DNA of 64,000 nucleotides from an uncultured Anaerolineae bacterium (GTDB lineage Bacteria; Chloroflexota; Anaerolineae; Fen-1058), in the NCBI GenBank assembly GCA_964398185.1, contig CAYNML010000022.1, forward strand, positions 6,877 through 70,876. Direction: 5' to 3'. Made by a program: the position numbers and the translations under genes. Below, in pieces: positions 1 to 9,767 of this stretch (positions are counted from its first letter, which is position 1; each line of letters starts with the position of its first letter). The notes beneath the pieces were generated by a model. That model was not told the origin of the DNA, ran no database searches, and saw only the letters and a program-made list of their open reading frames with translations.

Positions 1-208
1 AATCTTCCACCTCGACATCAGCCCAGATGTTTTTGTGCAGGCCGCGCATCACTTGCGCAAAGCTGGCCGGACGTGAGCGCACGACGATTTCCCCGTCGCG
101 AATAATGAAGAGCAGTTCGTCGCCGCTCTTGACGCCCAGCTCGTCACGCACTTCACGCGGGAGCACAATTTGATTCTTGCTGCTCACCCTGGCCGTCACT
201 GTTAGCAT
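1..208 (-). CDS. AbrB/MazE/SpoVT-type DNA-binding domain protein (antitoxin-like); C-terminus lies beyond window start
   Basis: Minus-strand translation from ATG at 206-208 reads MLTVTARVSSKNQIVLPREVRDELGVKSGDELLFIIRDGEIVV..., the swapped-hairpin AbrB/SpoVT pattern. The ORF runs off the window edge. Confidence 0.6.
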   Translation of the reverse strand, partial: MLTVTARVSSKNQIVLPREVRDELGVKSGDELLFIIRDGEIVVRSRPASFAQVMRGLHKNIWADVEVED

Positions 209-271
209 TTGACTTACTCCGTGATAGTTTGTAAGGCAAGTATACAATACGCCTTACTTTCTGTCAATGCA

Positions 272-1213
272 TCACTCTGCCCGCTGCTCCGCCGGAATCT
301 TCAACTTGGAATTGATGAAGGCCTTGCGCGGTACGTATAAAAACGAAGCGATGGACCCAATCTCGTTGAGTTCGGCCTGCGACACAAAGCCATCGGCGGC
401 CGCCACCACAAAGAGCGCGTCAATCAAGTGTGCCCGCTCGTCTTCATCGGTGATGTCCAGCAATTCCTGCGCCAGCCGCAGCGGATCGGTATCGAGGCTG
501 ATACCGGACAGCGTCGCTTCGGCGGCGATGCGCGCCACCTCGGCGGAAATCGGCCAGTGGGATTGCAGGGCCTGCGCGATAGCCGCATGCTCTTCTGCGC
601 TAGATGAAGGATCAGTGCGGCTGACGCGGGCCATGAGACCCGCCACGGTGCCAAGTTTGCGCAGCTCGGTCTCGGAAATCCCCGCCTCCACGCCCGCCTC
701 GGTTAAGCGCGTGCGGATCATGTAGTAGGATTTGTTCTTCATGAACTCTTCCAGATCGCGCTCGCGATTGGGCGCGCCCGCCGAGGCGACTTGCTTGACC
801 GATCGGCCAAACAGCCGTCCCAACGCTTTCACATTGCCGCCTGCCGCCGCGTCGATGGCCGCCGTCACCTCGGCGATGACGGCCTGCTCGTCGGCGGTGA
901 CGGAGCCGTCGGCCTGCACCAGCCTGGTCAGCGTCTCGATCGCCAACTGGCGATCGGCCGGCGTCCATTTGGCGGCCTGCAATTCCTCCAGCAAGCGCGC
1001 GCGCTCGTCGGCTGCCACGGGCAGGCGGGCATACATTTCCAGCATGGCAAATTCACGCGCCGTCAACTGCGGGCCGCTCTTGCCGCCGGAGTTGGGCAGG
1101 CGCATCAGAACTTCTTTGACGCTGTTGATTTCCTTTGGCGTAATCTCGCCGTCGGCCCAGGCCGTGGCGATGGCAACTTTGGCTAATGCGAGTATCAAAT
1201 TTCGATCGGGCAT
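272..1213 (-). CDS. TerB-like (tellurite-resistance TerB/DjlA-N family) tandem-domain protein
   Basis: 313-aa ORF with two repeated acidic helical TerB-like modules (ADGEITPKEINSV..., AADGFVSQAELNEIGSIASFL). Confidence 0.55.
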   Translation of the reverse strand: MPDRNLILALAKVAIATAWADGEITPKEINSVKEVLMRLPNSGGKSGPQLTAREFAMLEMYARLPVAADERARLLEELQAAKWTPADRQLAIETLTRLVQADGSVTADEQAVIAEVTAAIDAAAGGNVKALGRLFGRSVKQVASAGAPNRERDLEEFMKNKSYYMIRTRLTEAGVEAGISETELRKLGTVAGLMARVSRTDPSSSAEEHAAIAQALQSHWPISAEVARIAAEATLSGISLDTDPLRLAQELLDITDEDERAHLIDALFVVAAADGFVSQAELNEIGSIASFLYVPRKAFINSKLKIPAEQRAE

Positions 1214-1472
1214 GTCTTTTCCTTGCTTTGTGGAAGAAACCGGGGTTCTTCAGTCCGAATGGAACTGTGCGCTCGGTCAGAGAAACCCGGTTTCTGATTT
1301 TCATCGATTATAGCACGCGCGTTCGCGCCTCTCGCGCCAGGCGCACCATCTCTAATGGAACGCTAACAGTCCACATGCATCCATCTAACACGTTTCAGGT
1401 ATCCTGAGCGCAGTTCTGAGGAAAACATCAGACAACAAACTCAAATTTCAAAAAGGATTGGGGAGGTTTCAC

Positions 1473-1937
1473 ATGGCTCGCAATATGATTGTCCGCACGA
1501 ATGATCCGTTTTTCATGCCGTTGAGCGCCGCGGTGAATGCGCTGTTCAATGACGCGCAGGTCAGCCCGCGCGCGGCTGAATGGGCCACCGCCTGGGGCGT
1601 GGGTTCGCGCCTGCCGCTGAACATCTACGCCGATGCCGAGGGGTACACCTTTGTGGCGCTGGTGCCCGGTGTCAAGGCCGATGAGTTGAACATCGAGACG
1701 GAGGGCAACACCGTCAAGATCAGCGGCGAATTGATCGCGCCCGCGCTGTCGGCCGACGAGCACGTCCGCACGCTGCGCAGCGAGATCGGCTTTGGCAAGT
1801 TCAACCGCGCGTTTGAGATGCCGGAAGAGATCGACGCCGACAAGATCGAAGCGAACCTGGACAACGGCGTGTTGACCGTCCGCGTGCCCAAGGCCGAGGC
1901 TGTCAAGCCGCGCACGATCAAGGTGCAGGCGAAGTAA
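1473..1937 (+). CDS. Hsp20/alpha-crystallin family small heat-shock protein
   Basis: GGAGG 6 nt upstream of ATG 1473. Alpha-crystallin domain ends in GVLTVRVPK. The longer track ORF from 1458 lacks an RBS. Confidence 0.9.
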   Translation: MARNMIVRTNDPFFMPLSAAVNALFNDAQVSPRAAEWATAWGVGSRLPLNIYADAEGYTFVALVPGVKADELNIETEGNTVKISGELIAPALSADEHVRTLRSEIGFGKFNRAFEMPEEIDADKIEANLDNGVLTVRVPKAEAVKPRTIKVQAK

Positions 1938-1972
1938 GATTGACTGTTAGAAGTTAGCATGCAGAAGTGGAA

Positions 1973-2008
1973 GAGCCGCTCCGCTGTGAGGCGTGAGCGG
2001 CTTTTTGA
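1973..2008. terminator. Bidirectional rho-independent terminator between hsp20 and the convergent SARP gene
   Basis: Stem agccgctc...gagcggct followed by TTTTT. Confidence 0.55.
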
Positions 2009-2044
2009 TTGATGGCCAATCGGCTCAGCCAGGTTCGCCGGCGT

Positions 2045-5000
2045 TTAACTGTTACCGGATTCTGTAGTCAAGCTGAGCGCCAGCGCGATCGCTTTGTCCA
2101 GCGTTAGCGTCTGCCCATTTTCCCAGGCGGCCGCATAGGCGCTTGCGTCGAATTGCGCGCGCGCCCGATCGTGATAAGGCGCGAGTTGAGCGACTTCATC
2201 CGGCGACAACGGCGAACCGATCGCTTCCCGCCCAGCTTCGGCCGCTCCGAGGATGGTGATCGCCTCGACGTACCGGCCGCGAATGATCGCAACCTCGGCC
2301 AGCCCTTCGACGTTGGAAAGGATGCCAGACTTGTCGCCTTGCTCACGCGCCAGGGCAAGACTCTCTCGAAAAGCTGCGACTGCGCGCGCCGCGTCGTGTT
2401 GTTCCACCCACGCCAGGCCCAGGTTATTGAGTGACGAGGCGATCCCGCGCGCGGCGCCGATCTCGCGCTGCAGTTGCAAACTGCTTTCGTGCAGAGCGAC
2501 CGCTTGCGTATAATCCCCTTGCAGCCGCGCCACAATCCCGAGGCTGTTGAGCGCATTGGCTACGCTGGCCACGTCACCGATTTCGCGGTACAGCGTCAGG
2601 CTCTGCTCGTAAAACGCGTGCGCTTGCGCCAGGTCATTCTGATGGCGGGCCACATTGCCCAGATTTTGCAGCGAGTCGGCAATATCATGTGGATCGCGCA
2701 GCTTCTGCCGAATGGCCAAGCTCTCCTCAAATAATGCCCGGGCGCGCTGATAGTCACCTCGCCGTCGAGCGATAATGCCCAGGCTGTTCAGTCCCCGGGA
2801 AATGCCCCTTTGATCTCCCGACTCGCGCCACAAGGTCAAACTCTCTTCCAGCAACCTGCTGGCCTGTTCCAGATCACCTTGATCCCTGACGATCAGGCTC
2901 AGGCTATTCAGCGCCATCGCCACGCCCGGTTTGTTGCCCAACTCCCGCTGCAACGCGAGCGCCTGCTGCGCCAATGCAGCCGCGCGCGGCAAATCGGCCT
3001 GGGCGCGCGCCAGCCGACACGCGCCATCGATCAGTTCCGCCCGCACCGCCGTCGATAAGCCTGCGCCGTGCGTCAACACGCGCTCCAGCCACTGACGGCC
3101 TTCGGCATAATGGCCGCGCAAATGCCAGAAACGCTGCAGCGCCGCGCCGAGCCGCGCCGCACTTTCGATCTGCTGATGCTCCAGCGCCCACTGCAGCGCC
3201 GTGCGCAAGTTGTCATTCTCAACCTCAAGTTGCCGCAGCCAGCGCGCCTGCTCCTGGCCCAGCAGCTGCGCTTCGGCCTCGGCAGCGAGTTGCACAAACC
3301 ACGCCAGCTGCCGCTCTTGAGCGCGATCGATCTCGCCCGCTTCGATCAGCTTCTCGCGCCCGTATTGGAGCAGGAGTTCATGTAGATCGTAACGTCCATC
3401 GCCTTCGCGCTGCACCAGCGATTTGTCGATCAACGCCGCCAGCAACGCGGGGGTAGCGGCGGCGACATATTGCGCCGCTTCGATCTGAAAACCGCCGCGA
3501 AAAACGGCCAGGCCACGAAACGCCGCCCGTTCGTCGCTTGTGAGCAGCTGCCACGAATGCTCGAACACTGCCCACAGGCTGCGATGCCGCTCGGGGACAT
3601 CACGCAGCCGGGTCGAGAGCGCGCGCAAACTGCCGGCGATTTCGGCGGCGATGGCGTCGCACGACTGGGCGGTTACGGTGGCTGCCGCCAACTCGATCGC
3701 CAGCGGCAGCCCCTCGACCAGGCGGCAGATGCGGGCGATGGCGGCGGCGTTGTCCGCCGCGAGGTGAAACTTGCGCTGCACGCGCTGCGCCCGCTCGACG
3801 AAGAGCTGCACCGCCTGATACCGCGCCATGTCCGGGGCTGACTCAGCGAGAGGGTAATCAAGTCCACCGACTTCAAACACTTGCTCAACCTGCAGCGCCA
3901 ACCGCTCGCGCGAGGTGATCAACAGCGTAAGGCGCGGCGCTTGCTGAATCAAGCGAATGAGCAGCTCGACGCCGGTCAGCAGATGCTCCACATTGTCCAA
4001 CACTAGCAGCAGTTCGCGCGGCCGCAGATAGGCCATGAGCTGTTGTTCAGGATCGGTGTGTTTCTCCCGCGTCACACCCAACGCGGACAAGATCGTGGCT
4101 GGTAGAAGATCAGCGGAAGCAAGCGCGGCCAGCGAGACAAAGGCTGCACCATCCTCAAAGATCGGCGCATTGGCCGTTAAAGCCGCGAGAGCTAAGCGGG
4201 TCTTGCCGATGCCGCCCGGCCCGACGATCGTGATCAACCGCTGGGCGGGATCGGACAACAGATCGGTCAAATCCGCCAGTTCGGTCTCGCGTCCGATCAA
4301 TTTCGTCGTCGCGATCGGCAGCTCGATCGATCGGGTGAGGGCGGTATCCTCGATCGGTGCTCCCGCGCGAATCTGTTCGACCAGGTGCTGCGTGGCGGCG
4401 ATCGGTTCCACGTTGAATTGATCGGCCAGGATGCGGCGGCAGGCTTCATACTGCGCCAGCGCCGCGCCGCGCTGCCCGGCGCGATACAGCAGACGCATCA
4501 GGCGAGCGTGCGCCATTTCGTCCCACGGCTCCAGCTCGATCAACCGCGTCAGCAGTTCGCGCGCGCGCGCTGCAGCGCCCCAGCGTTCATGATACTGCGC
4601 CAGGTGCGTCAGCGCTTCCACCGCGCGTTGATGCAGCGCTTCACGTTTCAACACCAGCCATTCTTCAAAGGGCGCGCTGTCAACCGAGGGCAGCTGAGCC
4701 AGAAAGTCGCCGCGATACAACTGCGCTGCTTCTGCCAGGCGCGCGGCGCAGATTGGACAACGCGCGATGTGCCGATGACGATGTCGCGCGCACTCGTCCA
4801 GCAATGCCGTGAAGCGTGTCACGTCGAGGGTGTAATCGCTGGCGGGGTTCAACTGCACGGTATCGCGCGTGGTGATGAGAAACGGCGCGGCGGGATCACC
4901 GGGGCCGATCGTGTCCCGCAAGCTCGTCAAGACTTGCCGCAGGTTGGTGCGCGCCGCGGCATCGGGCATATCGGGCCACAATAGACCGACGATGGCATCC

Positions 5001-5137
5001 CGTTGCTGCGGACGATCCGCTTCCACGGCAAGGTAGGTCAACAGGGCACGCGCTTTGTTGTAGGCAAAACCGCTCAACACCTGCCCGTCCAGGCTGACTT
5101 GCACGGGACCGAGAAGAGAAATTGACAGATGCGGCAT
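2045..5137 (-). CDS. SARP/AfsR-family regulator: OmpR-type winged helix + BTAD + NB-ARC ATPase + TPR repeats
   Basis: 1030 aa. N-terminus LLGPVQVSLDG...AYLAVE (winged helix/BTAD), Walker A GPGGIGKTRLA, C-terminal array of TPR-like repeats (ALNSLG..., LNNLG...). Confidence 0.85.
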   Translation of the reverse strand: MPHLSISLLGPVQVSLDGQVLSGFAYNKARALLTYLAVEADRPQQRDAIVGLLWPDMPDAAARTNLRQVLTSLRDTIGPGDPAAPFLITTRDTVQLNPASDYTLDVTRFTALLDECARHRHRHIARCPICAARLAEAAQLYRGDFLAQLPSVDSAPFEEWLVLKREALHQRAVEALTHLAQYHERWGAAARARELLTRLIELEPWDEMAHARLMRLLYRAGQRGAALAQYEACRRILADQFNVEPIAATQHLVEQIRAGAPIEDTALTRSIELPIATTKLIGRETELADLTDLLSDPAQRLITIVGPGGIGKTRLALAALTANAPIFEDGAAFVSLAALASADLLPATILSALGVTREKHTDPEQQLMAYLRPRELLLVLDNVEHLLTGVELLIRLIQQAPRLTLLITSRERLALQVEQVFEVGGLDYPLAESAPDMARYQAVQLFVERAQRVQRKFHLAADNAAAIARICRLVEGLPLAIELAAATVTAQSCDAIAAEIAGSLRALSTRLRDVPERHRSLWAVFEHSWQLLTSDERAAFRGLAVFRGGFQIEAAQYVAAATPALLAALIDKSLVQREGDGRYDLHELLLQYGREKLIEAGEIDRAQERQLAWFVQLAAEAEAQLLGQEQARWLRQLEVENDNLRTALQWALEHQQIESAARLGAALQRFWHLRGHYAEGRQWLERVLTHGAGLSTAVRAELIDGACRLARAQADLPRAAALAQQALALQRELGNKPGVAMALNSLSLIVRDQGDLEQASRLLEESLTLWRESGDQRGISRGLNSLGIIARRRGDYQRARALFEESLAIRQKLRDPHDIADSLQNLGNVARHQNDLAQAHAFYEQSLTLYREIGDVASVANALNSLGIVARLQGDYTQAVALHESSLQLQREIGAARGIASSLNNLGLAWVEQHDAARAVAAFRESLALAREQGDKSGILSNVEGLAEVAIIRGRYVEAITILGAAEAGREAIGSPLSPDEVAQLAPYHDRARAQFDASAYAAAWENGQTLTLDKAIALALSLTTESGNS

Positions 5138-5249
5138 AGCTCGCTGCGTGAAAGATGTTACAAGCTGGAATTACTCTAAATTGTATCACTATCACGTTTT
5201 TATCACGTTGGTTTGGTAAAGTAACTTCATCCTTCGGCGGGGGATGTGA

Positions 5250-5465
5250 GTGAATTCAGCTGCGGAGACACGCCACTATCACGCTTATCTGCTGCGCCTC
5301 TGGCAAGCCAGTGAGGGCGAAGCCGTCATGTGGCGCGCGCTGCTGGAAGATCCGCGCACCGGCGAGCGGCGCGGCTTTGCTGATCTCGACAGTCTGTTTG
5401 CTTTTCTGTTGGCCACGTGCCGCGAAGGCCCTTCGGGTGATGAAGCAATTCCTACAACACACTGA
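5250..5465 (+). CDS. small conserved hypothetical protein (71 aa), divergent from the SARP regulator
   Basis: GTG start preceded by GGGGGAT. Coding-like codon usage. Motif YLLRLWQ...WRALLEDPRTGERRGFADLDSLFAFL, which I recall from small actinobacterial/Chloroflexi hypotheticals. Confidence 0.45.
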   Translation: MNSAAETRHYHAYLLRLWQASEGEAVMWRALLEDPRTGERRGFADLDSLFAFLLATCREGPSGDEAIPTTH

Positions 5466-5488
5466 ACCATTTTAGGGAGGAAACACGC

Positions 5489-7474
5489 ATGACGCACAAA
5501 TCAAAGTCTACCTTGATGATCGTATTGATCGCAGCGCTGATGTTCAGCACGGCCTGCGGCAGCCCGGCGGCAACGAGTACGCCTGCCGCGCCGACGACCG
5601 CACTAACGACTGCGCCCGTCCAGTCGGCCACGGCGACGCCGGACACACCGCCCACCGCGGCGCCCACGCCAACGCCCGACGTTCCGGCTGAGCGCAGCGT
5701 GCAGCTGGACGCGCTGTATTATCAACAGACCGCCGATGGCGCACAGGGCGGCACCAGCCCCATTCAAGTCCGCATTCAGCCAGCCGCTCAACCGGGCCAG
5801 CTGCGCGTGGGCTTCTTTCAAGAAGAAGTGCAGGGCACCGGCAATCAATGGCAGAGCTCCGGCTGGATCGCGGTGCTGTTGGCCTCGCTGCTGGAAGGCA
5901 TCGATCCCACCAATTACGAGTACAGCTTCAGCAGCGGCGGCTGGATCGATGGGCCTAGCGCGGGCGGCCTGATGACCGTGGGCGTGCTGGCGGCGCTGCG
6001 CAATGAACAGGTGCGCGACGACGCGTCGATGACGGGCACGATCAATCCTGACGGCACCATCGGGCCGGTGGGCGGCATCCCACACAAGATCGACGGGGCC
6101 GCGAAAGCCGGCAAGAAGCTGATCCTGGTCCCAATCGGCCAGCGCTACGACTTCGATTCCAATCAACAGCAATTGGTCGATCTCGTCGAGGCCGGCCAGA
6201 AGGTGGGCGTGGAAGTGCGCGAAGTCGGCACGATCTTCGACGCGTACGAGCTGCTCACCGGCGAGACGCTGCCGCGCCCCGCGGCCGGCAGTGCGCCGCA
6301 GCTGCCGCCGCGCGCGTTCGATCGGATGCGGGCCAAGACGCTGGAGTGGATCGGCCGCTATCAGAAGACCCGCAACGAGTTCAACGCGCTGGTGCAGGAA
6401 GTGCAGGACCTCGTCGCTGATTACGCCTTATTGGCCGACGGCAAAGCCGCCGACGCGGACAAAGCGCTCAAGCAGGGGCTGGTAGCGGTCGCCTATGCCG
6501 ACGCTTCAGAAGCCGCCATCTACGCCCAGCTGGCTACCATGATGGGGCAGATCGTGCAAAACTATCTGATTGGCGGGCTGCAAAAAGCAGTCGACCAGTA
6601 CCAGGCCTCCAGCGCGGCGCAGACGGAACTGAAAGCAGTGATTGCCGCGTTGAAAGCGGAAGATCCCAAAACCGTCAGCGACATCCTGGCGCTAGCTGAC
6701 GCTTACAGCAACGTCGGCACAGCGGAAGGGCTGCTGATGATGGCCGACGGTGAAATCGCCAACATGGTGCAGAATGCCGATTCGCTGAGCGAGGAAGAAA
6801 TCTTGCAGGGCTTCACCGTGGCATCGCTGGAACAGGCGTTGGCCAGCGTCGTCATCCAGTACGCGCGCGATGCGGCGGACATCGGGCTGGGGTTTGGCAA
6901 GGCGCCCGTGCCCGATGCGGCGCGCGTGCAGCAGATCGCCGAAACGCTGCGCCGCGCCGCCGATTCCAACCTGGCTTTGTTTGATGCGATCATCGTCGAC
7001 GCCTACGCGCGGCAGACCGGTATGCATCCCGATGTCATCAAGAACATCCTGATGTCCAAAGAGACGAATTATCTCCTCGCCGTTGCGGCGCGGCAGGGCA
7101 TCGATGTCTTGAAGGATGAAGTCGGTCAGGGGCAGCCGCTCGCGGCCTTGACGTTCGGTCAATCGAATAACGCCTATGCGTTGTCGGCGGGGCTGTTGGC
7201 CAAGCATTACTCGCTGGGGGCGCAGGTCGACGAAAATCTCGACGTCGTCTCGTTCCAGCGCGAGAAGGCGCTGGGCGAGATGCTGGACTTTGCCGATCAA
7301 CGCGCGCGCGAATTGATCAACGCTGCCGGGGAAGATGCTTCGATCGCGGCGTTGTACTACTACGAACTGGGCCGCTCGCAGCGCCAGGGTGATCCGCAAG
7401 AGCAGCTGGATGCGCTGGGCTACTACTGGCAGGCGGCCATGCTGGCCCAGGCGGGCGCGTATCTGAGCAAGTAA
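5489..7474 (+). CDS. lipoprotein with Lon-like (peptidase S16) proteolytic domain plus large helical C-terminal domain
   Basis: Strong RBS AGGGAGG. Signal peptide with lipobox FSTAC. DGPSAGG...GGIPHKIDGAAKAGKK matches the Lon Ser-Lys dyad context. Confidence 0.7.
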   Translation: MTHKSKSTLMIVLIAALMFSTACGSPAATSTPAAPTTALTTAPVQSATATPDTPPTAAPTPTPDVPAERSVQLDALYYQQTADGAQGGTSPIQVRIQPAAQPGQLRVGFFQEEVQGTGNQWQSSGWIAVLLASLLEGIDPTNYEYSFSSGGWIDGPSAGGLMTVGVLAALRNEQVRDDASMTGTINPDGTIGPVGGIPHKIDGAAKAGKKLILVPIGQRYDFDSNQQQLVDLVEAGQKVGVEVREVGTIFDAYELLTGETLPRPAAGSAPQLPPRAFDRMRAKTLEWIGRYQKTRNEFNALVQEVQDLVADYALLADGKAADADKALKQGLVAVAYADASEAAIYAQLATMMGQIVQNYLIGGLQKAVDQYQASSAAQTELKAVIAALKAEDPKTVSDILALADAYSNVGTAEGLLMMADGEIANMVQNADSLSEEEILQGFTVASLEQALASVVIQYARDAADIGLGFGKAPVPDAARVQQIAETLRRAADSNLALFDAIIVDAYARQTGMHPDVIKNILMSKETNYLLAVAARQGIDVLKDEVGQGQPLAALTFGQSNNAYALSAGLLAKHYSLGAQVDENLDVVSFQREKALGEMLDFADQRARELINAAGEDASIAALYYYELGRSQRQGDPQEQLDALGYYWQAAMLAQAGAYLSK

Positions 7475-7589
7475 ATCACGTTCCCGCCAAACGCGTGAAA
7501 CCGGGTTTCGACAGGCATCTGCATTTCCAGGCGCAGGCAGCACAGGAGCCCGGTTTTTTCAATTGAGCTGCAAGTCAAAGGAGGAGACC

Positions 7590-9767
7590 ATGTTCAACAG
7601 CAATCGATCGATACGTTGGTTATTCGTTGCAGCGCTTAGCGCGGCGGCGCTGTTGATCAGCTTCGCCTCGATCAATCGAGCGTCGGCGCAGGACGCCGGG
7701 CCGCAAGCGCCGCAAGCTGCGGCGGGATCATCTTTCACATACCAAGGCCGCCTGATCAAAAACGGCCAACCCATCAGCGATGTCTGCGCGCTGAGCTTCT
7801 CGCTGTATGATGCTGCATCCGGCGGCAGTTTCCTCAACAGCAACACCTTCAACACCGTGCCCATCAGCAACGGGCTGTTCACCGTGCAGCTCGATTACGG
7901 GTCTGCCACCTTCAACGGCGACGAGCGCTGGATCGAAACGGCGGTGAAATGCACGGGCGATGCGAACTACATCACACTCAGCCCGCGCACCAGGTTGACC
8001 GCCGCGCCGTATGCCATCTATGCGTTGAACAATTGGGCGCTGAACGGCAACAGCGGCACGGGCGGCAGCGGCTTCATGGGCACCACCGATAACACCGCGT
8101 TAACGATCGGCGTGAACGGCCAGGCCGCGCTGCGCCTCTATCCGCAGCCGCAAAGTCCCAACATCATCGGCGGCTACAGCGGCAACGCCATCTCGCCGAC
8201 GACCTACGGCCAGACTATTGCGGGCGGCGGCGCGTTCTTTTACGAGAATCGCACGCTTAACACCTATGCCACGGTGGGCGGCGGGCGCAAGAATCAATCC
8301 GATGGGTACGGCGCGACCATTGCAGGCGGCATCGATAACCGCGCGAGCAACGATTACGCGGTCGTGGCGGGCGGGCTGAATAATCAGGCCACGGGCAGCT
8401 CGTCGGCCATCGGCGGCGGCTTCTACAACGTGGCCGCCGGTTACGTGTCTTACGTCGGCGGCGGCGATCTCAACCTAGCCATGACGCAGAATGCCACTAT
8501 CGGCGGCGGGTACAGCAACACCATCACGGGTGGTCAGCTGATCGCCAACAACACCATCGGCGGCGGTGTGTTCAATTTCAACTCCGGCTTTGCGGCGACG
8601 ATCGCGGGCGGGCACGGCAATCAAGCGACGGGCGAATGGGCGTCGCTGGGCGGCGGCGGCTTCAACACCGCGTCGAATCGTAGCGCCACGGTCAGCGGCG
8701 GCGAATACAACAACGCAGGTGGAGCGCGCGCCACCATCGGCGGCGGCGCGTACAACGTGGCCGCCGGGAGTGGATCGACGATCGGGGGTGGCGGCTATAA
8801 CGGCAGCGGCATCTTCGGCGGCAATCGCGCCAGCGGCACCGCGTCCACCATCGGCGGCGGCTATGGCAACGTCACCAGCATCGATGCGGGCTATGGCGCC
8901 ATTGGCGGCGGACAGCAAAATCAGATCAGCGCCACGGTCGGTACCAATCTCAACATCGCCACTATCGGCGGCGGCTTCAACAACAAGATTTCGCTGGGTG
9001 GCGGAACGATCGCGGGCGGCAACAGTAACACGGCCAGCGGCTTCGACGCGACCGTGGGCGGTGGCATCAATAACACGGCCAGTGGCGGAGCCTCGGTGGT
9101 GCCTGGCGGCTCCAGCAACCTGGCGCAGGGCAACACCAGTTTCGCCGCGGGCTATCGCGCCAAGTCCTACAACAACGGCTGCTTCACGTGGGCCGACTCC
9201 AACGATTTCGATTACGGCTGCACGCTCAACAATGCGTTCACGGCGCGCGCCACGGGCGGTGTGTACTTCGTCACGGGCATTAACGGTTCCGGCGGAACCA
9301 CGGCGGGCGTCACGGTGCCGGCCGGCGGCAATGCGTGGTCGGCCCTCAGCGATCGTAACAGCAAGGCCAACTTCGCGGCGGTAGATCCGCGCGCGGTGGT
9401 GGAAAAACTCGCGCAGATGCCGATCAGCACGTGGAACTACAAGACGCAGGCTGCGAGCATTCGCCATATCGGTCCGATGGCCCAGGACTTTGCCGCAGCC
9501 TTTGGCGTGGGCGAAGATGATACGCACATCAGCACCATCGATGCGGATGGCGTCTCACTGGCCGCGATTCAGGGACTTTATCAACTCTCGCTGGAAAAGG
9601 ATCAGCAGATCGCGCAGTTGCAAACGCGACTTGAAGCGCTGGAGAATCATGCCAACCCGATCGGTTCGGCGAGACCCCCCGGATTGATCGGGTTCATTGC
9701 CGGCGCCATGATCGGCCTGGGCGCCTTCTGGTTGGGAACTCGTCGAACACAAGGTGGTGTGCGATGA
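7590..9767 (+). CDS. secreted fibre-like protein: signal peptide, Hep_Hag-like Gly-rich beta-helix repeats, C-terminal peptidase S74 intramolecular chaperone domain
   Basis: AAAGGAGGAG RBS before ATG 7590. Signal peptide ...INRASA/QD. About 30 repeats of the xIGGGxxNxAxG type. C-terminus SDRNSKANFAAVDP...WNYK...GPMAQDF matches the S74 auto-cleaving chaperone (SDxxxK Ser-Lys). Confidence 0.7.
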   Translation: MFNSNRSIRWLFVAALSAAALLISFASINRASAQDAGPQAPQAAAGSSFTYQGRLIKNGQPISDVCALSFSLYDAASGGSFLNSNTFNTVPISNGLFTVQLDYGSATFNGDERWIETAVKCTGDANYITLSPRTRLTAAPYAIYALNNWALNGNSGTGGSGFMGTTDNTALTIGVNGQAALRLYPQPQSPNIIGGYSGNAISPTTYGQTIAGGGAFFYENRTLNTYATVGGGRKNQSDGYGATIAGGIDNRASNDYAVVAGGLNNQATGSSSAIGGGFYNVAAGYVSYVGGGDLNLAMTQNATIGGGYSNTITGGQLIANNTIGGGVFNFNSGFAATIAGGHGNQATGEWASLGGGGFNTASNRSATVSGGEYNNAGGARATIGGGAYNVAAGSGSTIGGGGYNGSGIFGGNRASGTASTIGGGYGNVTSIDAGYGAIGGGQQNQISATVGTNLNIATIGGGFNNKISLGGGTIAGGNSNTASGFDATVGGGINNTASGGASVVPGGSSNLAQGNTSFAAGYRAKSYNNGCFTWADSNDFDYGCTLNNAFTARATGGVYFVTGINGSGGTTAGVTVPAGGNAWSALSDRNSKANFAAVDPRAVVEKLAQMPISTWNYKTQAASIRHIGPMAQDFAAAFGVGEDDTHISTIDADGVSLAAIQGLYQLSLEKDQQIAQLQTRLEALENHANPIGSARPPGLIGFIAGAMIGLGAFWLGTRRTQGGVR

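Noticed and set aside
1214-1472. Looked for CIRCE (TTAGCACTC-N9-GAGTGCTAA) or HAIR (CTTGAGT-N7-ACTCAAG) heat-shock operators upstream of hsp20
   Set aside because: Only a loose resemblance (ttatagcacgcgc) is present, with no inverted partner. I report the GAAACC-N-GGTTTC palindromes instead.
8475-9527. 350-aa minus-strand ORF and 272-aa plus-strand ORF (8566-9384) overlapping the fibre gene
   Set aside because: Both lie antisense or out of frame inside the glycine-rich (GGC-rich) repeat region. They are Arg/Ala-rich low-complexity translations with no RBS or recognisable domain. They are artefacts of high GC and repeats, whereas the plus-frame fibre protein has a signal peptide and a conserved S74 C-terminus.
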